From contig CM022665.1 of the NCBI GenBank assembly GCA_012295275.1, forward strand, positions 2,170,001 through 2,234,000: 64,000 bases of DNA. The letters run 5' to 3'. Below are positions 15,534 to 30,370 of this stretch, piece after piece. The DNA is from Chrysomallon squamiferum. Its lineage: Eukaryota; Animalia; Mollusca. The notes beneath the pieces are model-generated. The model saw only the letters and a list, made by a program, of their open reading frames with translations, searched no databases and was not told the DNA's origin. Position 1 is the first letter of the stretch. Each line of letters begins with the position of its first letter. The position numbers were made by a program, and so were the translations under genes.

Positions 15534-17039
15534 TGTGTATATATATATATATATATGTATGTATGTAGCACACACACATACACACACACACACGTTAATT
15601 CTGAATACTAACCAGATATGAAAATTAAAAGCAAAAATGTAATATGTTACACAATGCCGTAATTTTCATTCTAGCACCAGTCCATTCATTTAATATATTG
15701 TTTAAGACAATAATTATCTCTAAACGTGGATATAGTTAGATCCTACGAATTCATGGAACTAAAAACAGAGGCAAGAGCTGAGAAACAAAAATAATAAAAT
15801 TACTACAATAATACATAAAAGCCTTTCTATAAAATTCGACTTTATAAACTTTTTAATTTTTTTTTTAATACTGTTATTTTTTATGTTATTTTATTTTTAT
15901 TTTTATTTTATTTTTTTCTCTCTTGTTTTTCCTTTTTCTTTTTTTCTTTTTTTCTTTTTCTTTTCTTCTTTTTTTGGTTAATGATTCAGAACATTTGTTG
16001 TAGAAAACATTCTCTTCTTAAGCCGACATAATAAAACTAACATTTAAAAGTCGCAAAAACAAACCTAAAAGAACAAGCAATCATTTGATTTATCACGTTA
16101 AATTAGTAGAAAATGATGTTCTCAAAGGCAATTGATTTGGCGTCCAGCTGTACATCTGGTGGACAGTCTACTCCTGTAATGTCTGAGATTTAATTTAGTT
16201 TTATGTTCAAGCAAATAACTCACTCTGTAATGTTCCATTACTTACTTACATGCATCGCGACAAAAAAGTGCAATGAAAAACTCATGAAAATCGCTGAAAA
16301 CGAACAAACCAGCTTTGGTTATGTTTTAAAAGTGTGTCTGCAAAACAAACAAAACGAAAGAAAAGTGTTCCCCCACGCTGGGAATCATTCTCAAAACATC
16401 TCGCGCACAGTGTTCTACATGGACCAGGACGAATTTATCGTCCATTCGAGTAAATGAAAAACTAGATTTCAACGTCTTTGTGCTGTGCAGTTATATTTCA
16501 GCGCTACATTAACGTTTAAAGAAGAGAACAAAAAAAAAAAAAAAAAACTAACTAAATAGGCCGACCCAAGTGTTCACAAACCATACATTGGCATCAGTTA
16601 AAAGTCAATTGATGCTTAAGGCTGAGTAAAATACGTACACTGCCTCTAGCGAAAAGCTACGCTTGATTTCGAGCTGACGTTTAGGCCTTGCTCTGTCAGT
16701 TTTATGAACTGTGAAATGGGTTTTAGACTCCATTACACGCAGACATTGGTGATTTCTTCCATCTGTGATTCTTTTATGACGTTATGTACCCTGGATTTAC
16801 CTCTTTTTTATTTCCAAAACTGAAGACACTTCCAGAAATTTCTATACAAGTTTAAGTGTTTGTGTTGCCGGCACGTGCGCTGAAAGGATGCCCTACTGAC
16901 ACTGCGCACTTACCCTCGGGCATTATTACAATAGCACGTGCATCACAAATTTCAGTTACCACGTGTACGTAATTATCTATTGTAGTATGTCTTCTTTTAA
17001 TGTTTCAAACTAATTAATTGTCACAGTCTTTCAACCGAT

Positions 17040-17150
17040 TTGAGGTGTGGTGTTTTCGCTTGTTGTCAAGAATGACATTTAAAGTCCAAGAGAATTTTAA
17101 AAAGAAAGCGTGAGGGTTTCGGGTTCGAATCCCGGACGAGTCTACATTTT
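17040..17150 (+). mobile_element. Possible tRNA-derived SINE head remnant
   Basis: A perfect B-box (GGTTCGAATCC) lies within gggtttcgggttcgaatcccggacgag. No complete cloverleaf can be folded. Confidence 0.3.
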
Positions 17151-17655
17151 ATAAAATTTAATAATAAAACAATTTCTTCTTCTCTTTATTACTATTGTAA
17201 ACAGTTAAAAGTGGAATAAAGTATATTCTCACTTTCACTGTTTTTATATCTTTTGTAATAAATTTATCACATCAAAACAAAATATGCATGTATTACGAAC
17301 ATTTCTACTAATAACTCTAATACTTTCTGATAAACTGAAATACGCTTCAAAAAGGCGGAAATAAAGTGAAATAGCCACAGAATTTAGTACTGACTTACTC
17401 TACCTAAATATATTTCTGAATTTCAAAAATTATATAAAAAAAAGAAAGAGATTGTGAAACAGATTTTTAAGTACATACAAAATAACTTACGTCTTTTTGG
17501 ATATGATAGCTGTCATATTTGAATCGATTTAAATATTGTGAACAGATATCAGTCATATAAATCATCTCACAATTTTCCAGATCTGTTATTATTATTATTT
17601 TTATTTAAAAGTTAAGCTAAACATTTTTTTTATAATTTAAAAAAAGCAAATTTAA

Positions 17656-17717
<62 letters not shown>

Positions 17718-19245
17718 TAATAATAACAATAATAAATAAATAAATAAATAAATTACAACAATAATAATACTAATAATATAGAGTAGATGAGACCGGTATA
17801 AAATAAATTTAAAATTCTCTTTTATTAAGTTATTTTGGTATTTCATAAGAACAAAAATTAAAACTAATTTAAGTAAATAAATAAATAAATAAATAAGTAA
17901 ATAAATAAATAAATATTTTTATGTCTAAATAAAATTAATTAAACGATACAACAGTCTAAAAACCTCAGAGTAATTTTCTATTTATTTTATTAACAGAACA
18001 AAGACTGATTGTGTTATAAACTAACGACATTGATACCTTGTCTCTATAATTTCAGTTACTGTGAGTCACTCAGGTTCATCAGTCCTATTACAACAGACCT
18101 GTAAATGAGTCCACTGGCGAGATATTGCAAAACTAATTCAGTATTCACTGGTTTCTGTGTCAGTATCCCGTTCCAACCAAGGTTGAAAAATTTGGTTTAT
18201 CAATGGCCGAAATACTTAAGTTTTTACGTATGTAAAAAAATGATTAATGGGGGTAGAAGTAACACATACGCCAGTATAAACGTCAAAATGGCTTTCATGA
18301 AACGTCAAGTCGTTTTAATACACGAACAAAAAAACAAAACAAAAAAAATAACAAAAAAAGTTCTCATTTTGCAGGCTAGTTTCACAAAAATCATAAGTCA
18401 GATACTCAATAGCGACTGATTAATCAACGTGAAGGAGGTCTTACTAATCTAATGTCTGTTTCTGTTTATCTCTCTCTTTTTTTTTTTTTTTTTTTTTTTT
18501 GTTCCAGCGAAATGTGAACAATTGCTGAAATGTTTGCTGGTGATTCGAGTAAGTTGTTTTTGTAATGTGTAAAAAAAAAAAAAAAAAAAAGTGTCAGAAC
18601 TGAACGCTATACAAAAAACAAAAACAAAGTATACTTCGAGTAACTGTGATATCACTGATTCGAACTTTCCACAAAACGAGTGATAATGTATGAAAGAAGA
18701 TTTCTGTTAATTATCAGCTAACCTGTAGACGTGTTCTGGTTTTGGCTGCACGTTTAGTTTTCAAAGTGGGGTATTTTCTTTGAAAACTTCTGATCTGATT
18801 AAGTTTGACTAATTGTTTGCGTCAGCCACGTCCTATCTAGTTGGCAACGCCGAGCAGCTGGCGAGCTGCAGTGTAGACAGCGCCTGTCCGCCAGGGGGAG
18901 ATAACAGTGATGCATGATTTGTGTCAAGCGCGGCAATTAGCGAGTTATCCACTGGACGGCCTGTTAGTACGACACTGACACTGTGCGTAACAAACAATGG
19001 AGGCTATGATATGATCAGGTCAGAACTGAAGCCGAGATGAAAATGAGGACAGTGTTGTAGTCTCGCCAGCTAATGAATTTTGATAGGCATGATTCATATA
19101 CTCATTGTTTTCTTTATAATTAAAACGTTTTCCCAAATTTGTCACTCCACTCCTCTCATTTATTGTCCTTGTTCCTCTGCTACTTCAAAATAATAACAAT
19201 AATAATAATAATTCATCTTCTTCTTCATCATCATCATCATCATCA

Positions 19246-19286
<41 letters not shown>

Positions 19287-20871
19287 GGAAATATTATATC
19301 TAACGTTTAAGATCTGAAGCATGGGGTACTGGTGGGATAACAGTACGTAAAACAGAACTATACACACTCTAAATCATTCTGAGTCAAAGTTATATTTCTG
19401 TTATGTTTAAAAGATGGAAGCAGCCAGCAGTTATAACACCAGAAAAGAATATACATCATTTATCTCCTATTTTATTCATACATAGATATCTACGTTCTGA
19501 ATAGAATTTTATGAAAATTAATTTTATCTGAGCTTTATTTGCGTTCCCTTATTAATAGTTTGGGAGAGTGATTTACAGTGTTCCGAATTATTCTGGGCTT
19601 AACAGAATTACAGCTGTTAACCACGCGTAAAAGACTTAAGTCCTGACAATAGGTGTACGACTGTAATAGTACATTCCAGTTAAAATGTATTAAAAGTGTT
19701 AAGAAGACAAATCTGTATTGTATTTGTAATTATTTCTCGGATTTCAGAAGTATCATTTCGTTTTGATACAAAAGTAAAGGTGTGACTGTTCGCAGAAAAT
19801 AAATAAATAAACAAACAAATGAATAAATGCTAATTTAAACGATACAGGTAAATAAATGGTTTTAAATCGCTTAACAAGATCCAGATATATATACGCGACA
19901 CGTCGGTTTGAGTAAATCACGGTTTTTCCACGCATCCCTCGCGAGAATAAAACAAACATGTTTTGTTCTTTAGCTTTTTTTCTCAAGTTCTATTGTCCGA
20001 GTTTCATTGTTGTTTCTTTTGTCACTGAAAACCCGTCAACAGTTTACAAACGAAAAGCAGTGATTTTCTGCTTCTGCGTGCCGCCGAAGAAAGCTTTTGT
20101 GAAACGGATCGCGTATATCTCGGGAAGGGGTCATTTACTTGTGAAACGCGAACCGTCGCGGTAATTCGGGCAGGTGCTGAGACGGACTCAAATCGCCTCA
20201 TTAGTCGAGGAAGGAGGGCTTGATATAAACCAGACTCAGATTCCGCCGATAGATTCTCGTTTGTGAATGTTTTATGTTCTTCGACACTTCCCAAAACGAC
20301 AGAATTATCTGCCGTTGACAGTAGAGTCAGATATCTTGTTAGATAAAACGGATCGGGAGGAAAACGGGGGGGGGAGGAAAAGAGTGTAACTTTACCAGAT
20401 ATGATAGCGAGGAAACAAAGAAAAAAATAATACAGCCAAAGCGAAGACTGATGATTAATTTTCAAGTTAAACTCGTGTATAGGAAGAAAAGATAAACGTT
20501 GAGAGGGAAAAACGTTCAAGAAGATGGTAGACTGTAAATATCACACATACACACACACACATACACACAGTCTACGTGTATATATAATTAAATGAATAAC
20601 ATATAATGAGTAAGTAACCATTCATTACACTATATACGTGCGTACACCTACTATTATTTATGTTAGTAAATTTGTTTCTCATTATTGTTATTGTTGTTGC
20701 TGTTGCTACAAACAAACAACACCTCAAAATAAGACAACAAACACGCACGCACACACGCACGCATACGTAAAACCGTGCAAAATTTTATTTTGATGTTGAC
20801 AAACTCTTACAAATAATCATTAAAAGACATAAAAGTATAAATAAGCACAAAATAATCAAACAACAATTTAA

Positions 20872-20916
<45 letters not shown>

Positions 20917-21341
20917 GTTGTGAGGTTTAAGTTTACGCCTGAAAACATCATTTTCCGCTTATCAGTTTCCGTTTTGGGGAGTGAAGACAAAAAAGCAGTG
21001 TAAGGGAAATAACTCGTGATAACTAGAAAAAAATATCCCTTTATCCAACCTCGCTCTTTCTACTAATGACAGTTTGTCTTTCCTAATTTTTGTTTTTTTC
21101 ATTTATTACTTTTTTAAATAAATGATTTTTAATTATTTTCTGTTAGAATAAATAGCTTTAAAATAAAAATTTAAATAATCCTAATAAATTCACTACTACT
21201 GCTGCTGCCACATTTACAGTTTACTTTGACCAATACTATTATTATTACTACTATTGTTACTTTTCAACTAATACAATTTACTACTACTAATACTGTTACT
21301 GTTGTTACTATTACAATTACTACTACTAGTAGTATGACTAG

Positions 21342-21373
<32 letters not shown>

Positions 21374-23798
21374 AGTGTGGCACTACAATACGACCAGTAA
21401 TAACAAAGGTTTTTTTTTTTTTTTTGTGCGTGGATAGAAGTTAGGTGTATATACTGAAATGGGTCTATAGATATTTGTGTAGGTTTATTTTTTTTATTGT
21501 CGAGAACCATACAGTTATTATCATCGTCGTCATCAGTATCATAATCATCATTCTTCATATTATCATCAGTAATTTCTATTTTATGTCCTTAATTACATGA
21601 TGTATTTTAAGATATTGATGGTATTGTTTGTTGTTGTTGTTTTTTGTTTTTTATTGTTGTTTGTTGTTTCTTCTTTTTTTGGGGGGGGGATTGCGGTTGT
21701 TATGGATCTCAGAAAGAGACAGTGATAAAGAAGAAAAAATATCTGTGTGTTTCAGCAGAAAACGAGGAAAGTTTTGAAGATGCTCGCTAAAGATGTGCTT
21801 GGTAACAGTTTGGAGTTTTAATACTATTTTTGAAATCTATATTCAACACAGACAACAACTAATCCCCAAATATTTTCTTTTGTAGACCTTGAAGTTACGT
21901 GCAATTATAACGAGAAAATATCTCAAAATACCTTTTATTAGCTTCAACAGAATTGACAGAAGGGGAAAAAAAAAAAAAAAAAAAAAAAGTAAAATGGCTG
22001 TTATTTGAAATTAAAAATACTCCAAGAATCTGAGAGAGAATTACGTAAGCTGGACACGTCTTGCTGAGAGTACAGAAGGGCAGGTCAGATAATCATTATC
22101 CCATTTCAGCGGAACTGTTCAATATGGCGGCCGTCACCTCTCAGAAATTGACCACAGCTAGTCTCGGCTCTCGTCGACCCACTCCAAGGACAGATGTGTC
22201 CGAATAACATGCAGGAGAAGTAGATTCCAACACAATCACTCTATTTGAATGTCATAAACCCGTCTCACCAGCACCTCTTCACGATATATCAATGTAAATT
22301 ATATTTGGGCACGCCAGCTCTTCGAGTGATCAAACTGAATTACGGCACGACGGCTCTGTGTGTCCCAATTACCCCCGCGTCGGAGTCGGCAAGCGCGCTC
22401 CCGCGGCCAACGTTCTCAGGTGCCCAGCTTCAAGTAATGCCTCATAACCATCTTAAGCTTTGCATTCTTCAATTGATTTGATTTATATTCGTTTTTGATT
22501 CATTCAAACTTCTGTCTAATTGCACAAACAAATTCGATTTTTCGAGCGCGGCGAGAAAAGCGAGACCCATCGGGCAAGAGTAATTCGTTTAGCAGAGTCA
22601 AGTGCTTCAGCGCACGTTTACATAACGCAATTTTGCCGCAAGACGGCCAGTTTCTTCAGCATCTCTTTGTCGCATGGGCAGCCGTTAGAATCCGGCCAAC
22701 CGGTACAAATACCGTTAATTCGAATAGTTGAACGGGTTGTGGTCAGAAATTGATAAAAGCGCCACTGTCTCAGGAAAGAAAAAAAAAAAAAAGCAATAAG
22801 CGAACCTTCAGTTGGGAAGAATGAGCAAAAAAAAAAAGGGAGGGGGGAGGGATTGGCGAACCAGAAAGATTTAGCGACCTTTTAAAAAAATGAAAGAGAA
22901 AGGAGAGAGAGAAAAAAAATAAAGAAAAGAAAAACACTTTTTAATGTAAATTACTAAAAGCCGCTTGCTTTCGCAATGAAGAATCCTTTTTAAATTTCAC
23001 AGGGTGACAAAAATGTCGGCGGTCGAAGCTTTCAGCGCGGGAACCGGAGCGTGAACGTCTGAATAAAGGAACGACAATGCAATCCAAGGAACGGAGATTG
23101 GCAACGGCCGTCGTTTTGCGCTAATCTTTTTTGCTCGAAAACACGTCTTCCGCCGATTTTATCTTCTGTGCGAGCGAGGATCAGTGGCGACAAAATGCGT
23201 AATGTCATATTGTTTGAATAAAACGCTTCTCTACGAGACCTCGCAGAATGGCTGGGCTTTAGCCACGTTCACAGATTACGTTTCTCAACCACAAAAAAAA
23301 AAAAAAAAAAAATATAAAAAAAAAAAAAAAAAAAAGAAATACGTGTCAGAGAGGAGTATAGCTGATATTTGATATCTGGAGAGTGAAAAACATTTTAAAT
23401 AAGAGAAAAAAAAAAAGTAAGAAAAATATATATAAAAAAAAAAAAAAAAAAAAGATTTTTTAAAAGAAAATTTCAGAAAGCTTCTTTCTGTTTGTGGATT
23501 TCTTTTGCTGTGCGTATAGATGTAACTCATAAGATAAAAAAAAAAAAAAAAAAAAAAAATTAGAAAACAAATTTTTTTTTCACAATCATCTTACTTTGAA
23601 AAGCGAGCATTTTGGATAAATATAGTAAGTCTGTATAATTATTTTTACTGAAACATAAAAAAATATTTTTATTTAAAATTATATGCATTATAACCCAGAA
23701 TTAGACAATTAAGATAGAGAACAAATAGTTAATAGAAATATTTGTCTATTTACGTTTTATTTATTTATATATTGTTTATTTCAATTATGAATTTAAAA

Positions 23799-23852
<54 letters not shown>

Positions 23853-24877
23853 TATTTATTATTATTGTACTGAGATGTTTTTATTATTTTGCTGGGTTTT
23901 TTTTTGGGGGGGGTGTTTGTTTTTTCTTATCTTTTTGTTTGTTTGGTTTTTCGCGGTTGTTGTTCGATCAAAACAAACTGTGTCCACATTAAACTGAAAG
24001 TAAATAATCGTCACAGTTTGACTGTCCTCAGCAAAATTATTTTCAGTATTTATTACAAATCTGTGAATGCATTCAACAAAAACATTTTTTTTATTTTTTC
24101 TTCTTTCTTTATTTTTAGTCACCAAACGTTCTCTAATACTATACTTGAACTGTTGGAGGGTAAAAAAAAAAAAGAAGGAAATTAAACCATTGTGGTGTTT
24201 TTTAGCTTTAGGGATTGACAAATCAGTATTTATTGTGCAGGAGTCCTTTTGCTTGCATGAGTAAAGCGAACGATAAAAATTATGATTCATCGGGACAGAA
24301 ATTTGTGTTAGAAAGTTTTTAAGTTGACTGGAACTACACGTGAACGACTTGTGAAGAACATGTAATTATTTTTACTTAACTTGCATGTTACAGAGGTGTT
24401 TTAAGTTACGATAACATCTTTTCAAATTATTTTATTTTATTTTTACATTCAGAAGAAATGTTTTATTTAAAGATGCATTTGGCATTTTTATAATTAATTT
24501 TTTTTTAAATTTTTATATCCGTATGACACAATTTGTTGTTAACTAAAATAAAAATAAAATTATTATATTACCTAGGAAACTGGTGAAAAAGAATTTCCTC
24601 AGTTCAAGAACAACAACAAATACTATTACTGTTGCTGCTACTACTACCACTGATCATAATAATAATAATAATAATAATAATAAACGATTTTAAACATCAA
24701 GGAAAAAGATAATTTTTACTTCTGAAAATTATTTGCCAATATATACTAATTTAGAAGCAAATATTTTATTATTATACTTGTTCATTACGATGTTATATTA
24801 ATAAAGAAAGAAAGAAGGGAAGGTATGTGTGTGTCTGTGTGTGTATATATAACACACACACATATACATATACACAT

Positions 24878-24954
<77 letters not shown>

Positions 24955-24955
<1 letters not shown>

Positions 24956-26060
24956 GGAATTTTTCCGAAATGACAAAAACACTTGAACGAAAGAGATATT
25001 GAAGACTCGATGAACATTTTAGACGAAAATGGATAAGAAATTTTATGGGGACTCAGTCTTTTTATATGATTAACTCACTTAAAACAAGACGAAGAAAAAA
25101 GCAACACTAAAGTTTTCATTACATTTAAATAAGATTTAACCATAAATTTATAATAATCTCGTTATGGAAGGGATGTTTTGCCACAAATATTACCCATAAA
25201 ATAACATTAAACATCGAAGTTTTATTTTTATTCAGAAGTATTCTGTAGTACAAAATAGTCCAAATTAGGTGGTCTTATTTTATTTATTTATTTTTTATTT
25301 TATTTTGCTATATAGCTTCAGTTACATCACATTTTATGTTAATGTATAACGTTTCTGAGTACGGCAGAAAAGGAATGTTTTCTAAATAATTCATATAATT
25401 ATGTAATATTCGTAAAGAAGGTTTCATGTTTTTAATGGTACGAACGGTAACTCGTGAACCAGTCTTGACATGTTTTGTCTCCCTTGTATAAGTAACGTTT
25501 TCTGGGGTAGCTTGGAACAAGGATCACCATAAATAATAAATAAATAAAACTCCATTAATTTAAATTTTCTTTAATTACTCATCATGTTTCTCCACGTACA
25601 TCATCTGAAAGTAATAGTTAAACTGAATAAATAACAGCAAGTGAATACATCTAAAACCAAATTTGTTACAAGAAATCAACTACAACTACAACTGCTACAC
25701 AGTTTGAAATACCACTACTACAGTTACTACCACTATCACCACCACCACTACCACTACTGCTACTACTATCACCAGCTACACCACCACCACCATCACTAGT
25801 ATACTACTACTTTTACGACTACCGCCAAATCTATAACTACTACTGCAGCCACTGTTTCTATTACTACTACTACTGTGACCACTATTCTAGTACCTCTACG
25901 ACTGCTACCACCACTACACGTACCAATCTTTCCTTCCGAAAGGATATTAGTTAATAGTGAATTCATAAAAAACATTTCTTAACCATGTTCGTCTAAAATG
26001 TTCATCGAGTCTTCAGTCTCTCTTTCGTTCATGTGTTTTTGTCATTTCGGAAAAATTCCA
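24955..26060. mobile_element. MITE-like segment bounded by ~90-bp inverted repeats
   Basis: 24955-25041 (tggaatttttccgaaatgacaaaaacac...tgaagactcgatgaacattttagacgaa) is the reverse complement, with few mismatches, of 25973-26060. The interior is non-coding and no clear target-site duplication is visible. Confidence 0.5.
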
Positions 26061-27579
26061 TAAAGTTATCGTCAGCCATGTTTGTCTCAACATCTCTTCC
26101 TACAGAGAGAAATACAGAAATGTTTTCTTTATCCTTCAGTAGCTGTGTTTTATGTCTAAATGCCTCTTATAATTTGATTATAATTTAAAATATTGATATT
26201 CCTAAACTACATCAAAACTGTAACAAAACTACATCAAAATTTGAAAAAATATAATTTTTTTTAGTCAATACTTATTTTTAGATAAAATCTCTCAATAAAA
26301 TTTCTTTTTATATACAATTTGCATACAGCCGGTTATACATATAAACGACCAGTATACATGATAAGTATTTTCTGAGAAAAAATAACTAATGTTGAAATTA
26401 GGAACAGTATTACTGACAGCATGATAAACAAGTGTTCAATATTTTAAGTTAAACAAATAAAACATCAAGTATTCTAAATGTGTGTGTCTGTAACAGACAG
26501 GAACAGATTCTGTGCTAGCGTGACGTTTAATGGTCACTAGGATCAACCCCACCCTCTTCTGTGAGCAACCAGTAATATATAAATTTTTCTGTCGAAGATT
26601 CCGAGGAACGTAAGAAGCGGGTGATATCTCACAAAAACACATAAACTAAACAATCGTAATTGAAAAAAAAAAAATAATGATCAGTAAGAATATAAAAAAA
26701 AAAAAAAAACCAGCTGTTAAAACATCATAAGACTAGAGATGGAAAACGTACATTGAACAGACGTGAATGCTGCATAGAAATGATCAGAATGCTTTCATTT
26801 GTACAACTTGTGACTTTGCTAAAGACGTTTGTTCTAGAGCTAGAAAGGTTTACCTTTGCGTGGTGGGGCGATTTTCCCCATGGGACCAACTAGTATCCTT
26901 GGGTGACGACCCCAGTGAAACCAACGAACATATCTAAAACGATATCGTGTTCTCCGAGCTGAAGATTCTTGTAGAACAAAAACTGACAACAGCGCAAGAA
27001 GAAAAACGAGCTTCATCTGAAGAATTTATATTATATTAACAAAAAATATATACATATCAACATTAATAATTATAATAACAATAACAACAACAACAACAAC
27101 AACAACAATAATAATAACAAAACAGCAATAAAAATTATAATGTTAGTAACAAAGACGACGACGACAACAGCATCAACAACAACAACAATAATAATGGATA
27201 CATATTTACTGTTGAACACTATAAAGATGTCCATCAATATGACTTAGCCAAATACTAACAGAACATTTTAAAAGCTGTTTTAAATAAGTCTTTTCTGTCT
27301 TTAATTTGTAATTAATGTTTTAAACAAATATACAGTATAAAAGTAATGAATTAAAGACTAATTTTTACCTGTTCTTTTATTATTTGGTCAAACAAATTTA
27401 CATGTTTGTTTGTGCCGTTACCTAGTCCCTGCTGTAACTTCTACTACAAAGTTTGCCACTGATGTTGATAATTAATTTAATTAATTTTGTTGTTCTAGAT
27501 TTCTCTAAGTCTTGAATATAACCAAATACAGTGGCTTAGAAATGTGCAAAAATAATTTGCATGTACATTAATGTGTCAC

Positions 27580-27582
<3 letters not shown>

Positions 27583-27669
<87 letters not shown>
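27583..27669. repeat. (AG)n microsatellite
   Basis: Direct reading. Confidence 0.95.
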
Positions 27670-27673
<4 letters not shown>

Positions 27674-28319
27674 CCAAGAGTTTATGTAGGAGTGAAAGAG
27701 AGAGAGAGAGAGCTGTTTGTTACCTTTTCATCCAGTTAGTTCAATAATGGTTAAACAGGTCAGAAAATAATGCTTTATCTATTACAGGTGTCAGCTACAA
27801 ATGTTACATTGAAAAAAAAAAAAAAAAAAAAAAAAAAACCGAACATTATCACAATTAAAGTGTTAAATCCTGAACCGATGAGAAACAGCTTGTTGAATCT
27901 AGGACATTAACTACACGAAATAAAAGCTTACGAGACTATATTTTAAATTCATCATGACTGTTGATCAGCACTGAGAAATAAAACACGGAAAAACAACGGT
28001 TGCGCTCGTAGTTTAAACATCGTTTATTGAACTTCGGAAACTCCTGAATTGGAAATCGAAACTGTGGGATCGAACCAAACTTGCACGCATTTTTCAGGTG
28101 GTCGTAGTTTAACCGATGTATGAGAATGAAGTTGTCCCGATTATTTTACAGACGATGTCTTGCTTTCTTGGAACCCTACCCACTTTCAAAACTGTAATGT
28201 GATCAAGCCATTTTTTCTGAACTCGACAGGTATCCTAGGCTACCTCGTTATCACACAATAAACATCTTTAAGTAAAAAAACAATTAATTTTGGCCAACAG
28301 TAATTTATTATTTCATATT

Positions 28320-28560
28320 AATTAATTATTAATACCTTTGATTGCACAGTAATAATGTATTTTATCTGTAGATAATATAAATAGAATTTATTAAAGATGT
28401 TTCAGAGGAATCGATTTCACCTAAAGTACATGCTGAACAAGAGAAGAAAAAATGCATGTATCCATATAGATAAACATGCATACATAGATCCATATGTAAA
28501 AACTCAGAGAGGTTTGTCTGTTTAAATTTATGTGTGTATATTTCAGTATGTATATTTACA
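28320..28560 (+). repeat. Dispersed ~240-bp direct repeat, second copy at ~32580-32830
   Basis: Shared core attttatctgtagataatat..agaatttat.aaagatgtttcagaggaatcgattt...tgaacaagagaagaaaaaa. Confidence 0.75.
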
Positions 28561-28680
28561 TACACAAATATACATGTATATAAACAGATACCTATCCAAG
28601 CTGAACAATTTTTATTTTACTAAGATTAATTTTCATCTCTCTCTATTTTAGGAAAATATAACCTGAGAACTCTAATTAAT

Positions 28681-28725
<45 letters not shown>

Positions 28726-29499
28726 CACAAACAGAAACAGACACACTCACACAGACACAAATACACACACACACACACACACACACATTATTAATAAACT
28801 TACACCTCGAGGAAAGGTAGGTATGAAGTTTCGCTAATGATTCAAGTAATATACGTTTTATCAAATATTGTCTACAGACATCGGTTTAGGCTCTTTTACT
28901 ACTTTGTTGACAACGAATAGTTCAGTGTTTTGTATTAGCAATCACTATTATATTTTAATCTCGTATTTAACAAAGCTCGTGTTCATAATACGGAAATGTA
29001 TACGTCACGGTAATACAAGCAGTAAAGATTACATTGAAAATAACACAGGCTATTTTTCTCTAAAAAAAACAACAACAAACTGTTAGCTATTGCACAACGT
29101 TTAAATTACTAAAATTTGAAGCAATCACTTCCTAGTGTTCCCTTCATGAACGATTTAAACGTCGAAGGACTGATTAATGTTCAAATCAATGTGCTTGAAA
29201 AAAAAATTTCAAAGATCAATGCTGGAAAGACTCATAATTATTGTGGAGTCGATAATTTTATAAAACACTTCAAAATTCAACACTCAAATCGAATCTTAAT
29301 ATAACCTTGACTTGTGAATTAGAACTTATCGTTTTATCAGTTTTCCTAATTAAACAACTAATCCCTGCAATATTTAGAGTTTGTTTATGTGAAACAATAT
29401 CCATGATTAAAGGCAAATAGTCATCCTTAACATTCAATTATAATGCATCCGGTTACAAGCGTATGGACAATAACATAATCACAGTGAAAATCAGATCAG

Positions 29500-29780
29500 T
29501 TAGAAGTCTGTTCCATTCACAAAGCAACGAAATGTGGGGCACAATGTACAGCAATAAACTGCTTGTTGATATTTTATCAGGAGAAGATCTGCCATGCAGT
29601 AAAAAGAATGAATTAATACTAAATAATTATTATTTACAAAAACCTCTCGAATAACTAACTTCATTTTATACTCCAAGAAGTTTGCCAGTAGCAGGTTCAG
29701 TTCGCTTATCAAAATATAATAACTTACTTTTAATAAGCAGCTCCGAATACATCAAAAGTTGCAGTTGTGAGTTTAACAGA

Positions 29781-29823
<43 letters not shown>

Positions 29824-29990
29824 TATCCTGTCTTCGCAAAATCCATCTCAACCTGTTCACCACGAACACATATCCATGGAGGAATAAAATCTCCGTCATG
29901 AAGGAAAAAAAGAAAAAGAAAAAAAAACATTAAGGTATTCATCTCTTCCACGTAAGAGTCCCTCTATCTCTCTTTGTCAACCAGCAGTTG
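29500..29990 (-). mobile_element. Possible very degenerate LINE reverse-transcriptase fragment
   Basis: Minus-strand VRGEQVEMDFAKTGY resembles the non-LTR RT G.QVD.I.LDFAKAFD motif. It is disrupted by poly-A tracts, so support is weak. Confidence 0.3.
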
Positions 29991-30328
29991 AATTAAAGTA
30001 ATAGTATTTTTCAAACTTCTTTTCAATATTCAAAAAGTTAATGTAATTATGTTTTACCTTCCCAACACAAACGAATTTATTTTGTGTATTCCCATTAATC
30101 TCATGTCATTATTTATTAGACTGAAATCAAATTTTTATTCACGTGAAAAGCAAGAAAATTCGATCTATTTAGAGCTGCTTTTTAAAAGTATTATGTTTTG
30201 ATAAAAGAACTATTGGCAAAATTCTCAGTGTATAAAATTAAGTTAGTTAGTCGAGAGGACTTTGTAAATAATAATTATTTAATATTAATTATTTTTATCT
30301 CTAAATGCTAAAGATATATTATTATTAT

Positions 30329-30370
<42 letters not shown>

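Noticed and set aside
17110-17140. tRNA gene
   Set aside because: Only a B-box/T-arm is present, with no acceptor stem or anticodon arm; a similar weak case lies near 28065.
20022-20519. 165-aa minus-strand ORF
   Set aside because: Non-ATG start, no recognisable domain, and no clear splice sites; more likely a non-coding island.
21226-21558. Thr-rich, mucin-like ORF
   Set aside because: An (ACT)n repeat with no credible splice context.
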